Below are positions 18,417 to 29,720 of a DNA stretch of 64,000 nt, one piece after another. How positions within the stretch are numbered: the first letter of the stretch is position 1; each line of letters starts with the position of its first letter. The notes beneath the pieces were generated by a model. It was not told the DNA's origin, ran no database searches, and saw nothing but the letters and a program-made list of their open reading frames with translations. The stretch is taken from contig CBDCNM010000002.1 of the NCBI GenBank assembly GCA_965219385.1, forward strand, positions 3,668,305 through 3,732,304, written 5' to 3'. The stretch is from Candidatus Latescibacterota bacterium. Its GTDB lineage: Bacteria > Latescibacterota > UBA2968 > UBA8231. A program made the translations under genes and the position numbers.

Positions 18417-19511
18417 TTGGCCGAGAAGATACGGGTAGGCGTGCTTTTTGGCGGCCGCTCCTGCGAGCACGAGGTTTCGGTGACTTCGGCGCGCTCGGTG
18501 CTGGAGGCCGTCGACAAGGACAAGTACGAGGTGACCATGATCGGCATCTCCAAGGAGGGACGCTGGCTGGTGGCCGGAGATGCTCTGAAGGTCTTGCAGG
18601 CCGGCGTGGTGGAGGGCGAGGACTTGCTGCCGGTGATGCTGGACTACCCGGGCAGCAGGGCCCTGGTGACCCAGGATCCAGGGGGCGTGAGTCAGGCCGT
18701 GGACGTGATCTTTCCGCTCCTGCACGGGCCCTTCGGCGAGGACGGCACGGTGCAGGGGCTCCTGGAGCTGGCCGGGGTGGCCTACGTGGGGTCCGGGGTC
18801 CTCGGTTCGGCGGTGGGCATGGACAAGGAGATGATGAAGCGGGCCTTTCGCGCCGAGGGGCTGCCGCAGCTGGACTATGAGGTGGTGCGGCGCAGCCGCT
18901 GGCAAAAGCAACCCGAAGCCGTGCAGCGGGAGATCGAGGCGCGCTTCCCGTACCCGTTCTTCATCAAGCCGGTGAATATGGGCTCCAGCGTGGGGATCAC
19001 CAAGGCCCACGACGGCGAGGAATTGCGCCGGGGGATGGACGAGGCGGCCCTCTACGACCACAAGATCATCGTGGAAGCCGAGGCCAGGGACTGTCGCGAG
19101 GTGGAGTGCTCGGTGCTGGGCAACGAGGAACCCCGGGCTTCGGTAGTGGGCGAGATCATCCCGGGCAACGAGTTCTACGACTACAACGCCAAGTACGTGG
19201 ACGACAATTCCGCGTTGCTGATCCCGGCGCCCCTCGCGGCGGAGACAACGGTGCGGGTGCAGGAGCTGGCGCTCGAGGCCTTTCGCACGGTGGAGGCGGC
19301 CGGGCTGGCGCGGGCGGACTTTTTTGTCCGCCGGGAGGACGAGCAGGTGTACATCAATGAAATCAATACCATTCCGGGGTTTACGCCGATCAGCATGTAC
19401 CCCAAGCTCTGGGAGGCCAGTGGTATTGGCTACGGCGAGCTGATCGACCGGCTGATCCAACTGGCGCTGGAGCGGCACGAGGACAGGCAGAGCACCCGGA
19501 CGGCGCTTTAG
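18417..19511 (+). CDS. ddl: D-alanine--D-alanine ligase
   Basis: FGGRSCEHEVS, LHGPFGEDG, GSSVG, FYDYNAKY, NEINTIPGFT. Confidence 0.97.
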   Translation: MAEKIRVGVLFGGRSCEHEVSVTSARSVLEAVDKDKYEVTMIGISKEGRWLVAGDALKVLQAGVVEGEDLLPVMLDYPGSRALVTQDPGGVSQAVDVIFPLLHGPFGEDGTVQGLLELAGVAYVGSGVLGSAVGMDKEMMKRAFRAEGLPQLDYEVVRRSRWQKQPEAVQREIEARFPYPFFIKPVNMGSSVGITKAHDGEELRRGMDEAALYDHKIIVEAEARDCREVECSVLGNEEPRASVVGEIIPGNEFYDYNAKYVDDNSALLIPAPLAAETTVRVQELALEAFRTVEAAGLARADFFVRREDEQVYINEINTIPGFTPISMYPKLWEASGIGYGELIDRLIQLALERHEDRQSTRTAL

Positions 19512-19513
19512 TC

Positions 19514-20239
19514 ATGCAACAGCGATTTTTTCACAAAGGCAATATCAGCAACCTGGTCTCCTGCGCTTTGTTGATCGCGGGTATGGCCGCGCCTTCCTGG
19601 ACGGGATGGGGGTCCTGGGTTCTGGCCGCCGGGCTCTTCGGGCTTGCCGGGGGCATCACCAACTGGCTGGCAGTGAAGATGCTCTTCGACCGGGTGCCCC
19701 TGCTCTACGGCTCCGGGGTGATCCCCAACCGCTTCCGCGAGATCCGCGAGACGGTCAGGGACCTGATCATGAGGCACTTCTTCGAGGTGGAGTACCTGGA
19801 GCGCTTTTTCGCCGGGCGCATGGACGAACTCGCGGCCGCTCCGGGGCTGGAGCAAAAGATGGTCGAGTTGCTGGATTCGGAGGAGGCCGACCAGATCATC
19901 GAGCGCCAGCTGGAGGAGTTGCAGACCTCCCCCAGCGGCGCTATGCTCAAGATGGTGGGCACGGCCGCGATCAAGCCCCTGGTCAAACGGTTCGTGAGCG
20001 GGCTGGGGGTCGAACTGGCTCCCCGGCTGGCGGTGGAAATGGCCCAACCCGGCCTGGAGGTGAATGCCCTGCGCCAGCAGGTCGACCAGTTGCTGGAGAC
20101 CAAGCTGGAAGAATTGACCCCCGAGGTGGTCAAGCACATGATGGAGGAGGTCATGCGCGAGCACCTGGGGTGGCTGATCGTGTGGGGCAATGTGTTCGGC
20201 GGTGCCATCGGCCTGCTGGCGCGGGCGCTGGGGTACTAA
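19514..20239 (+). CDS. DUF445-like membrane protein
   Basis: GGITNWLAVKMLF, GSGVIP, HLGWLIVWGNVFGG; stop codon lies inside the IS target duplication. Confidence 0.85.
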   Translation: MQQRFFHKGNISNLVSCALLIAGMAAPSWTGWGSWVLAAGLFGLAGGITNWLAVKMLFDRVPLLYGSGVIPNRFREIRETVRDLIMRHFFEVEYLERFFAGRMDELAAAPGLEQKMVELLDSEEADQIIERQLEELQTSPSGAMLKMVGTAAIKPLVKRFVSGLGVELAPRLAVEMAQPGLEVNALRQQVDQLLETKLEELTPEVVKHMMEEVMREHLGWLIVWGNVFGGAIGLLARALGY

Positions 20240-20240
20240 G

Positions 20241-21687
20241 CTCGATTTTATCCAAACGCGCATGGCAGGAGGCCGGTATCCTCCGTACTGTTGATGGTAT
20301 CCAAGCATCGACAGCCCAGGAGAAACCGATGAGCCCCCTGCCGAAAGATATAATAACGATTTTGTCGCCCTTTGCCCCCCTTTTTTCGAGCCGCGTTTGG
20401 CCGCAGGCTCAGACGCTGTTGGTCGGGGCGCTGTTAGCCCCGGGTAAACGCACGGTCAGCGCCGTGTTGGAGGTGTTGGGCTTGAGCCAACAGCCTACCT
20501 TTCAAACCTACCACCGGATCCTCAACCGCTGTGTGTGGTCGCCCCTGGCCGGCAGTAAGCTACTCCTCCAGGCGTTGGTGGCCGCCTTTGCCCCCCACGG
20601 GCCCCTGGTCCTGGGCCTGGATGAGACCATCGAGCGGCGCCGGGGCGCCCAGATTGGGGCCCGAGGCATCTACCGGGATCCCGTCCGCTCGAGTGGGCCC
20701 CACCTGGTCAAGGCTAGCGGCTTGCGCTGGCTGTCGTTGATGCTGGTAGCGCCTATCCCTTGGGCGGATCGAAGTTGGGCCTTACCCTTTATGAGTGTGC
20801 TGTGTCCGTCGGCCCGCTACTATACTCAGCGCCAGCGCACCCCCCTCACCCTGTTGCAACGGGGGCAGACTATGCTCAAGCTGGTAGCGCGCTGGCTGCC
20901 CACCCGCCGGCTGGTCGTGGTCGCCGATAGCACCTTCTCCGCCTTGGCCTTTCTCGACGCGGTTCGGCCCCACGTGGGGCTGATTACCCGCTTGCGGTTG
21001 GATGCGGCCCTGTATGACCCACCACCAACCCGCACGCCGCACACGCGGGGACGCCCCCGCGGCAAAGGCGCCCGGCAGCCCACCCTCCAGCAGCACCTGA
21101 ACGATCCGACTACCCCTTGGCACCCCCTCACCCTGGACCGGTGGTATGCCGCCGGCCCCTATACAGTGGAAACCTACAGCCAAACGGCGCTGTGGTATCA
21201 CACTGGCTTGCCCGCCGTGCCCCTCCGCTGGCTGCTGATCCGAGACCCGGCCGGCCGCTTCGCGCCCCAAGCCTTGCTCTCGACCGATGTGCGTCTGTCC
21301 CCTCGGCAAATGCTGACCTATTTTCTCCAACGCTGGTCGGTAGAAACTACCTTTGAGGAAGCCCGCGCCCATCTGGGCATGGAAACCCAACGCCAATGGA
21401 ATGAGCGGGCCATTGCCCGGACCACGCCGGTCATCTTGGCCTTGTTTAGTCTGGTCGCCCTCATCGCCAATCGGCTGGCCCCCAAAAGCGCCTCCCCCTG
21501 CCATGCCACGGCCTGGTATGGCAAACGAAAACCCACCTTTTCCGATGCCGTGGCCTGGGTCCGACAACGGCTCTGGCAGGCTTTTTCCAACCTGCCCAAC
21601 CAACACGACCTGATAAAAATCCCTCGAAGCCTACTCAACCGCTTGATACACACCGTCTCGTACGCTACATAAATGGATAAAGTCGAG
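20241..21687 (+). mobile_element. Complete IS701-like insertion sequence, copy 2
   Basis: Inverted repeats CTCGATTTTATCCA / TGGATAAAGTCGAG (13 of 14 match); 5-bp target duplication CTAAG at 20236-20240 and 21688-21692. Confidence 0.93.
20329..21672 (+). CDS. DDE transposase, IS701-like
   Basis: Intact ORF; DET, VADS, RWSVETTFEE; AGGAG RBS. Confidence 0.92.
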   Translation: MSPLPKDIITILSPFAPLFSSRVWPQAQTLLVGALLAPGKRTVSAVLEVLGLSQQPTFQTYHRILNRCVWSPLAGSKLLLQALVAAFAPHGPLVLGLDETIERRRGAQIGARGIYRDPVRSSGPHLVKASGLRWLSLMLVAPIPWADRSWALPFMSVLCPSARYYTQRQRTPLTLLQRGQTMLKLVARWLPTRRLVVVADSTFSALAFLDAVRPHVGLITRLRLDAALYDPPPTRTPHTRGRPRGKGARQPTLQQHLNDPTTPWHPLTLDRWYAAGPYTVETYSQTALWYHTGLPAVPLRWLLIRDPAGRFAPQALLSTDVRLSPRQMLTYFLQRWSVETTFEEARAHLGMETQRQWNERAIARTTPVILALFSLVALIANRLAPKSASPCHATAWYGKRKPTFSDAVAWVRQRLWQAFSNLPNQHDLIKIPRSLLNRLIHTVSYAT

Positions 21688-21853
21688 CTAAGAGTCCATA
21701 CGAAAATCATCTACTATACGCCGATGACGTATAGTGCGCAAGGTATTTACTCTGGCCACATGGCCTCATTGGGCCGCCGGCTTTACGGTGGCCCCTCGTT
21801 TAAAATGGGCGAAGGCCCGAACTGGCCGAACCGGGACTTGGTGATGTCAAGGG

Positions 21854-22915
21854 CTAATGCTCGCGTTTTATCTGCCCCCACGACATGTCTTTAATCAGGG
21901 TTTCAACCTCTATCCAGGGAGACCAGGCCGGAAAACCATCATCGCCCGGATTTTGGGTGATCCTGACCTGGTTGGTGCCGTCAGCCTTCATCACATAAAT
22001 ATCAGTATAGGCATGCCGATCGCCATCCCGCCCAGACCAAGACACAAAGGCAATATAGCGCCCATCGGGGGACCAAGTCGGAGAATTATCCGTTTCCGGA
22101 TGCTGGGTGAGGTTGACCTGATTACGACCGTCCGCATCCATGACGTAGATCTCGCCATTACCATCGCGGCTAGATGTAAAGGCGATTTGCCTACCATCGG
22201 GGGACCATTCTGGGCCCATATCCCTACCTGGACTATGGGTTAATCGAATCACATTTGATCCATCGGCATCCATGACGTAGATCTCGTAATTCCAGTCTTC
22301 CTTTGGTATATTGCCATCCCGATTAGAGTAAAAGGCAATTTGGGTGCCATCCGGCGACCATTGGGGACTGAAATCCCTAATATTGAGGTGGTTGGTCAAT
22401 TGCACCGGATCGGTACCATCAATGTTAATCGTGTAAATATGGCGGGTGTTTCTATCAACGCCATAAGAAAAGACGAAGCGGGTGCCATCCGGCGACCAGG
22501 AAGGGAAGGCAGGAAGGATAGGATAAACATCATGCGGCTCGTTGCTGTGTATATGTCTTATTAATGCCACCTGATTCGTCCCATCCGGATCCATCAATAG
22601 TATACTAGATAATGCCACCTGATTCGTCCCATCCGGATCCATCAATAGTATACCAGTAGATCCCTCCCGCCAAGCAATCTTTCCATCCGGCGACCAGGCA
22701 GGATGCGTATTACTACCTTCGCCAGCAGGCTGGCCAGGCAGGAAAGTCAGTCGTTGCTCGCCGGTTCCATCCGGATTTATGACGTAGATTTCTTTAGAAC
22801 CATTCCAGTGGTCACGGTTGGACGCGAAAGCAATCATGCTGGTCGATTCTCCCACGCTCAGTTGGGGATATACCAGCAGCGCACATACACCGGCCAAGAA
22901 TATCTGCTTGCTCAT
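21854..22915 (-). CDS. Secreted TolB-like beta-propeller (PD40 repeats) with C-terminal SWGQIK motif
   Basis: Signal peptide; repeated P.WSPDG..IAF.S.RDG..EIYVM. Confidence 0.9.
   Translation of the reverse strand: MSKQIFLAGVCALLVYPQLSVGESTSMIAFASNRDHWNGSKEIYVINPDGTGEQRLTFLPGQPAGEGSNTHPAWSPDGKIAWREGSTGILLMDPDGTNQVALSSILLMDPDGTNQVALIRHIHSNEPHDVYPILPAFPSWSPDGTRFVFSYGVDRNTRHIYTINIDGTDPVQLTNHLNIRDFSPQWSPDGTQIAFYSNRDGNIPKEDWNYEIYVMDADGSNVIRLTHSPGRDMGPEWSPDGRQIAFTSSRDGNGEIYVMDADGRNQVNLTQHPETDNSPTWSPDGRYIAFVSWSGRDGDRHAYTDIYVMKADGTNQVRITQNPGDDGFPAWSPWIEVETLIKDMSWGQIKREH
22562..22653. repeat. Perfect 44-bp direct repeat with 48-bp period, in frame within the TolB-like gene
   Basis: 22562-22605 equals 22610-22653; encodes ILLMDPDGTNQVAL twice. 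Confidence 0.95.
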
Positions 22916-23431
22916 CAGAACACCTCCTTGGATTGGAAATGACTTGCATCACTCCTGCTCGAGATACTGGATACTCTGCTATGTTGTCGCTGAGCCGTTT
23001 GCTGCAATCGCCATGTTGAATGTCCGCTGATGAGGCGCCGGCCTTATGGCGGCCCAACTCCTGTTATTTCCGACGTACCATCATCTAACCCACCTATTCT
23101 GACTATAATAATATGACGACGTATGTCAACAATAATTCGGCCCTTTTGCGAATGGAGACGAATTTTTGGCCCCGTAGAATCCGCAAGTATATATTGGGCA
23201 ATAAGTTAAAATCATAGTAAGCGGCGGAATGTATGGTGCCGGGCTTGGGTGATCACCCCGTCGAGGGCTTGCCATTTCCATCCGATCCCTATTTTCTTAT
23301 CGTGTCGTAATAGTTCAGCTTGGCTGCGAGTGGACGCAGCAGCAGGTGGGCTGGCGCCCCAAGCCCCTTCTCGCTTGCTCTCGGGGCACAAAGCGAAATT
23401 CCGTATGGACTCTAAATGCAGAAAGGCAATC

Positions 23432-24238
23432 GTGCAACTCTTCGATTTGAGCGATGAGGTCGCCGTGGTGATCGGCGGCACCGGGGTGCTGGGCGGGGCC
23501 ATGGCCGTGGGTCTGGCCGCGGCCGGGGCCCGCGTGGCAGTGCTGGGCCGCAACCGGGAACGCGGCGATCAGCGGGTGGAACAGATCAGAACAGCCGGGG
23601 GGCAGGCCCTATTCGCGCCCTGCGATGCAACCCAACGCGACGACCTCGGGGAAGCCCACCAGAGAGTTTGTCGGGAACTGGGCCAGGTCACGGTGCTGGT
23701 CAATGCGGCCGGCGGCAACAGTCCCGGGGTCACGGTTACCCCGGAGCTGCCCTTTGAAGAGATCGCGCTGGCGGACTGGCATGAAAGTTTCGACCTGAAC
23801 CTGGTCGGCGGGGTCTTTCTGCCGTGTCAGGAATTCGGGCCGGCCATGGTGGCGAATCAGCAGGGGAGCATCATCAACATCGCCTCCGTATCGGGCCAGA
23901 TTCCCCTGTCGCGGGTGGGGACTTATTCGGCAGCCAAAGCCGCGGTGCTGAGCCTGACCCGTTTCCTGGCGCGCGAATGGGCTGAGGCCGGGGTGCGGGT
24001 CAACGCCGTCATCCCTGGCTTCTTTCCCGCCGAGCAAAACCGGCGGTTGCTCTTCGAGGAAGACGGCACGCCCACCTTCCGGGGCCGGCAGATTCTGGGG
24101 CACACCCCGATGAATCGCTTCGGGGTCCCCGAGGAACTGGTGGGCACGGTGGTCTTTCTGGCGGCCGGGGCGGCCAGCAGTTTTGTCACCGGCACGGATA
24201 TCCGGGTCGACGGGGGCTTTCTGGCCATGGCTATTTGA
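23432..24238 (+). CDS. SDR oxidoreductase (mannonate/gluconate dehydrogenase-like)
   Basis: GGTGVLG, NAAGGN, YSAAK, GFFPAEQN. Confidence 0.9.
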   Translation: MQLFDLSDEVAVVIGGTGVLGGAMAVGLAAAGARVAVLGRNRERGDQRVEQIRTAGGQALFAPCDATQRDDLGEAHQRVCRELGQVTVLVNAAGGNSPGVTVTPELPFEEIALADWHESFDLNLVGGVFLPCQEFGPAMVANQQGSIINIASVSGQIPLSRVGTYSAAKAAVLSLTRFLAREWAEAGVRVNAVIPGFFPAEQNRRLLFEEDGTPTFRGRQILGHTPMNRFGVPEELVGTVVFLAAGAASSFVTGTDIRVDGGFLAMAI

Positions 24239-24326
24239 TGGGGCTGTGTCCACCCGGCCCCAGCGCAGCATGTACGGGGCTTTGATCTGGCGCTTGAAGG
24301 CCGCTACTCTGGCTAAGAAGCCGGTT

Positions 24327-25058
24327 TCAACCCCGACCAATATAGAGCTGTTCCCGCGGCAACTGGATGAGCTCCAGGATATTGACATGGGGCGGCTGGC
24401 AGGCCATGTACACGGCCGAGGCCGCCAGTTCGTCCACCGACATCATGGGCTCGGCGTCCTGGGGCCGGGTGCCGGCGGCGCGCAATTCGACGAGGGTGTT
24501 GCCGGGATGCAAACAGCCGCAGGTGATGCCGTGTTCACGGCCCTCGAGAGCGGTGACGTGGGTCAGGCCGACGAGTCCGAACTTGGTGCTGCTGTAGGGA
24601 GCCGAACGCGGGCGCACCCGCTGGCCGGAGATGCTGCCGATGTTGATGATGCGTCCCCCGCCTTGTTGTTTCATGATAGCAAAGGCCGCCCGGGTGCACA
24701 GGAAGGGAGCCCGGAGGTTGACGGCGACTACGTTGTCCCATGCCTCGGTGGATAATTCGTCGATGGGGCCGCCGTCGAAAGCGCCGGCGTTGTTGATCAG
24801 GATATCGAGGCGGCCAAAGCGTTCCATGGCCCGGGCGAACAGTGCCTCGATCTGTTCTTCGTTCTTGACATCGGTGGGCACGGTCAGGGTCTCGACCTTG
24901 GCTTCGAGTACTTCGGTTTCGGTCTGGTTCAGGCCTTCGGTGTGGCGGGCGGCCAGCACCAAGTCGGCGCCTTCGCGCGCCAAGCCGCGGGCGATGCCCC
25001 GGCCAATGCCGCGGCTGGCGCCGGTCACCAGGGCGATTTTGCCATCCAGTTGTCCCAT
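24327..25058 (-). CDS. SDR oxidoreductase
   Basis: TGASRGIG, NNAG, YSSTK. Confidence 0.92.
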   Translation of the reverse strand: MGQLDGKIALVTGASRGIGRGIARGLAREGADLVLAARHTEGLNQTETEVLEAKVETLTVPTDVKNEEQIEALFARAMERFGRLDILINNAGAFDGGPIDELSTEAWDNVVAVNLRAPFLCTRAAFAIMKQQGGGRIINIGSISGQRVRPRSAPYSSTKFGLVGLTHVTALEGREHGITCGCLHPGNTLVELRAAGTRPQDAEPMMSVDELAASAVYMACQPPHVNILELIQLPREQLYIGRG

Positions 25059-25154
25059 GGACTGCTCCTTTCGAGGTTTGATTATCAGCATTTGACGCAA
25101 TCGGCGAGCGGCCGGAAGGGGCTTGGGGAGCGCAGCCGGCCTTGAGAGCGTTCC

Positions 25155-26963
25155 TCAGGGCGTCCCCGAACCAAGCCCCATGGCCTTGCGCCCCGCATCG
25201 GTCAGCCGTGCCAAGGTCCATGCGGGCTCCCAGGTAGATTCCACCACACACTCGCGCACCCCGTCCAGTTGGAGCAGGCGGTCGCGGATCGGGTTGGCGA
25301 TGAAGTTGTATCTGGGACGCCCGCGATGAGGCATGGTCATCAGGATGTAGACGACATCCCCGGACACCCGCACATCGTAGATATAACCCAGATCCACCAC
25401 ATTGCCGTCGGCATTCATCAGCTGGTCGTCTTTGACCTGGCGGAGTGCATCCCAGATTTTGTGCTTGAGGGCTATGGTAGGACCACCACGGGACGCCAGT
25501 TTTGCTTCCCCAGGTCGGGCCAGGCTTCCGCTGGCTCTGGCCTTGATCCTGCGGGGCAGTTTGCCGGCGCGGGGCACCAGCGGATCGACCAGTCGCCGCC
25601 GCGCGCCTTCTACGATTTGCGCCCCTTCTTCCTCGGGATAGGGCGTGGCCAGATAGGCGCTTTTGGTCCTGAGCGCGGAGCCGGTTTTGAACCGCGTCAC
25701 GCCGAGCAGCGGGGTCCGGCACCAGATCTGTCCGCGGCCGTAATAATTGAGGGTCGGGCCGCCGTTGTGGCGGATGGGGCCGATGCCCTCGGCGGCGTGT
25801 TCCAGCCGCAGCGCGACAAAGGCATCGCGGCTGTGGCGATTGAAAAATCCGACGCCCCACAAATCGTCCTGCCGGGCCTCGGGGACCTCTCCTTCGTGCA
25901 GGGTGCCGTCGCGGTCCAGCCACATGCCGTCGGTGAAAGGCATCCCCCAGAACAACCATTCGTCGTCGCGGATGACGAGGGTTTCAAAACCCTTGACCGC
26001 GTCCATGCGGATCTCTTTGAGGAAATAGGGCCGGCCGGCGTAGAAGGTATAGGTCAGGCTCATGTGCAACCGGCTCGGGGTAAAGAGCGGGTGGACCGGG
26101 CTGTGGGGAAAGCCCCAGCGCCGCACCTGCACGCAGAGCGGTCCCCGCACCACCTCGTAATTGGGGCACTGCGACCAAAGGGTCACGCGGAACTTCTGAA
26201 AGTTGTTCGAGGCATAGTAGTCGGGCCCCCAGTCGATATTGGGCGACTCGCCGTGTCCCTCGCCTCCGGTGACCAGCTCCAGCGGCGCGCCGTAGGGCAC
26301 CTGTCCGTGGCCCCGCCGGTAGGTCAGGCGCTCCAGCTGTCCCATCTGGCGCGAGAGGTGGGCGGTGAAGTGATTGTTGGCGATGTCCAGCTCGTAGCCC
26401 TCACCGCTCACCTGCAGATCGGTGGCATAGTCGGGCAACTCGGCGTCGGGATTGCCGTAAAAGACCAGGTAGTGGGTCCGCCCCCGGGCGGACACGTCGG
26501 CCAGGAAGATCAGGTGAGCGCTTCTCCTGTCGTCCTGGCGCACCTCGCCGTAGACCTGGCTGGGCGTCTCGTGCAGGGTGCCGGCGGCGTCCAGGCGGGC
26601 GACCCGTATTTCGCGCCGCAGGTCCGCGGTCTGGTCGGCGGCAAAATCCACCCGCACATCCAGCGGCTCCCCGGAGCGCTCCAGGGCGCTGGTCTCGCCG
26701 AGGCCGATCACCTTGTAGAATCTCCATCCACGAGCCCACTTTGCCCATGCCGCCGGCAGGTCTTTCACCTGCCCGAATGTCCTTGCATCAAGGGTCTGCT
26801 CGCCCTTTTCGACCTGCGTCTGGCTGGCGAATTTCAAGGTGTCCTTGATGGACTCGGCCAGGGACAGGGCAAAATCGTAGTTGCCCTCCCGCTGGGCTTG
26901 GCGCAGCAGGCGCAGTTTTTCTTCGACGCTGTCGGTGCGGTCCTCGTAGCAGGTCTCGGTCAT
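25155..26963 (-). CDS. Large unknown domain fused to a C-terminal DUF59/MIP18 metal-sulfur cluster assembly domain
   Basis: C-terminus IWDALRQVKD...NVVDLGYIYDV...MTM...WEPAWT.ARLTDAGRKAMGL. Confidence 0.75.
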   Translation of the reverse strand: MTETCYEDRTDSVEEKLRLLRQAQREGNYDFALSLAESIKDTLKFASQTQVEKGEQTLDARTFGQVKDLPAAWAKWARGWRFYKVIGLGETSALERSGEPLDVRVDFAADQTADLRREIRVARLDAAGTLHETPSQVYGEVRQDDRRSAHLIFLADVSARGRTHYLVFYGNPDAELPDYATDLQVSGEGYELDIANNHFTAHLSRQMGQLERLTYRRGHGQVPYGAPLELVTGGEGHGESPNIDWGPDYYASNNFQKFRVTLWSQCPNYEVVRGPLCVQVRRWGFPHSPVHPLFTPSRLHMSLTYTFYAGRPYFLKEIRMDAVKGFETLVIRDDEWLFWGMPFTDGMWLDRDGTLHEGEVPEARQDDLWGVGFFNRHSRDAFVALRLEHAAEGIGPIRHNGGPTLNYYGRGQIWCRTPLLGVTRFKTGSALRTKSAYLATPYPEEEGAQIVEGARRRLVDPLVPRAGKLPRRIKARASGSLARPGEAKLASRGGPTIALKHKIWDALRQVKDDQLMNADGNVVDLGYIYDVRVSGDVVYILMTMPHRGRPRYNFIANPIRDRLLQLDGVRECVVESTWEPAWTLARLTDAGRKAMGLGSGTP

Positions 26964-27147
26964 GATGATTGCTCCTGGCGGCTGGCTTCATCCTCCAGCA
27001 GGGCGGCGGTATCGATGGCCCCGGGGTGGATGTCGCGCGATGGTTTGATCCAGAATATAAGCATCAAATTTAAAGCTTGCCAGGCAGCAAGCCGGGAGGG
27101 ATTTTTAAGGGTTGGAATCCGAGGTCTGAAACCAGAAGGCAGGCTCA

Positions 27148-28656
<1,509 letters not shown>

Positions 28657-28783
28657 CTCCGGATCATCCCCGCAGGCTAAGGCGGAGCATCCGGGGGCAG
28701 GGCTGGAAAGACCCGCGGATCAGAGTCGATATCCAGATGAGGCCTTATAGGGCAGTGAGAGCCTGGTGATGCCCCATTTTTTC

Positions 28784-28812
28784 TTGATTTCCTGGTGAGC
28801 AGGCGGTATAAT
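28784..28812 (+). promoter_or_regulatory. Sigma70-type promoter for the TauD gene
   Basis: TTGATT-17 bp-TATAAT. Confidence 0.6.
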
Positions 28813-28841
28813 CACTCATTCAGCGGATAAAGGTCTCCAAC

Positions 28842-29720
28842 ATGGCTCCTGAATCACTGGCCGAAGTCCAAACCGAGCGGTTGCGCCGCAACTATCGCTA
28901 CCTTGAGGTGCGCCCAATCGCCGGTGCGCTCGGCGCCGAGATCCAAGGCGTAGATATCGCGCGGCCCCTGGAGCGCGAAGTCGTTTCGGAGATCCGCCAG
29001 GCCTTTCTCGACCATCTGGTGCTCTTCTTCCGCAACCAGGAACTCACCCCACAGGAACAACTCGCCTTCGCCCAGCAGTTCGGCCAGCCAATGGAATACC
29101 CACAGATGAAGGGACTGCCCGAATGTCCGCTGATCACAGCGGTGATCAAGCTGGAGCACGAGCGGGTGAACTTCGGCGGCGTCTGGCATTCTGACACCAC
29201 GTATCTGGAGCGTCCACCGATGGCGAGTATCCTCTATGCAGTCGAGACCCCACCTTACGGCGGCGACACGCTTTTTGCCAACCAGTACAGGGCCTATGAG
29301 ACCCTCTCGGAGGGTCTTAAGAAGACGCTTGCCGGCCTGGTCGGCGTCAATGCCTCGACGAAACCCGAGGTCGCCAGGACGCGGGAGGATCGCTTGCGCG
29401 AGGCCGGGACGGAACTGAAAGTGCTGGGCGCAGCGCATCCGGTGGTTCGCACGCACCCGGAGACGGGGTGCAAGGCGCTTTACGTCAACAACGCCCACAC
29501 GACGCACTTTGAGGGGTGGACGGAGCAGGAGAGCTGGTCTCTGCTCGACTACCTCTTCGCGCACCAAGTCAGGCCAGAGTTCACCTGCCGTTTTCGCTGG
29601 GAGCAAGGCTCCCTCGCCTTTTGGGATAATCGCTGCGCCCAGCACAACCCCGTGAATGACTATCAGGGGTTCAGGCGCGTAATGCATCGCGTCACGCTGG
29701 CCGGCGACAAGCCCTGCTAG
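28842..29720 (+). CDS. TauD/TfdA Fe(II)/2-oxoglutarate dioxygenase
   Basis: WHSDTT, GGDTLF, HPVVRTHPETG, WDNRCAQH, RRVMHR. Confidence 0.95.
   Translation: MAPESLAEVQTERLRRNYRYLEVRPIAGALGAEIQGVDIARPLEREVVSEIRQAFLDHLVLFFRNQELTPQEQLAFAQQFGQPMEYPQMKGLPECPLITAVIKLEHERVNFGGVWHSDTTYLERPPMASILYAVETPPYGGDTLFANQYRAYETLSEGLKKTLAGLVGVNASTKPEVARTREDRLREAGTELKVLGAAHPVVRTHPETGCKALYVNNAHTTHFEGWTEQESWSLLDYLFAHQVRPEFTCRFRWEQGSLAFWDNRCAQHNPVNDYQGFRRVMHRVTLAGDKPC

Larger units (their letters stand above)
21692..23412. mobile_element. Segment bounded by inverted repeats GAGTCCATACG and TAA direct repeats, carrying the TolB-like gene
   Basis: Perfect 11-bp inverted repeat (21692-21702 / 23402-23412); TAA on both outer sides; no transposase inside. 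Confidence 0.5.

Noticed and set aside
19606..21672. 688-aa ORF as a fusion protein
   Set aside because: The first 241 codons are mostly an alternate frame of the DUF445 gene plus the IS left end; the transposase starts at 20329 with its own RBS
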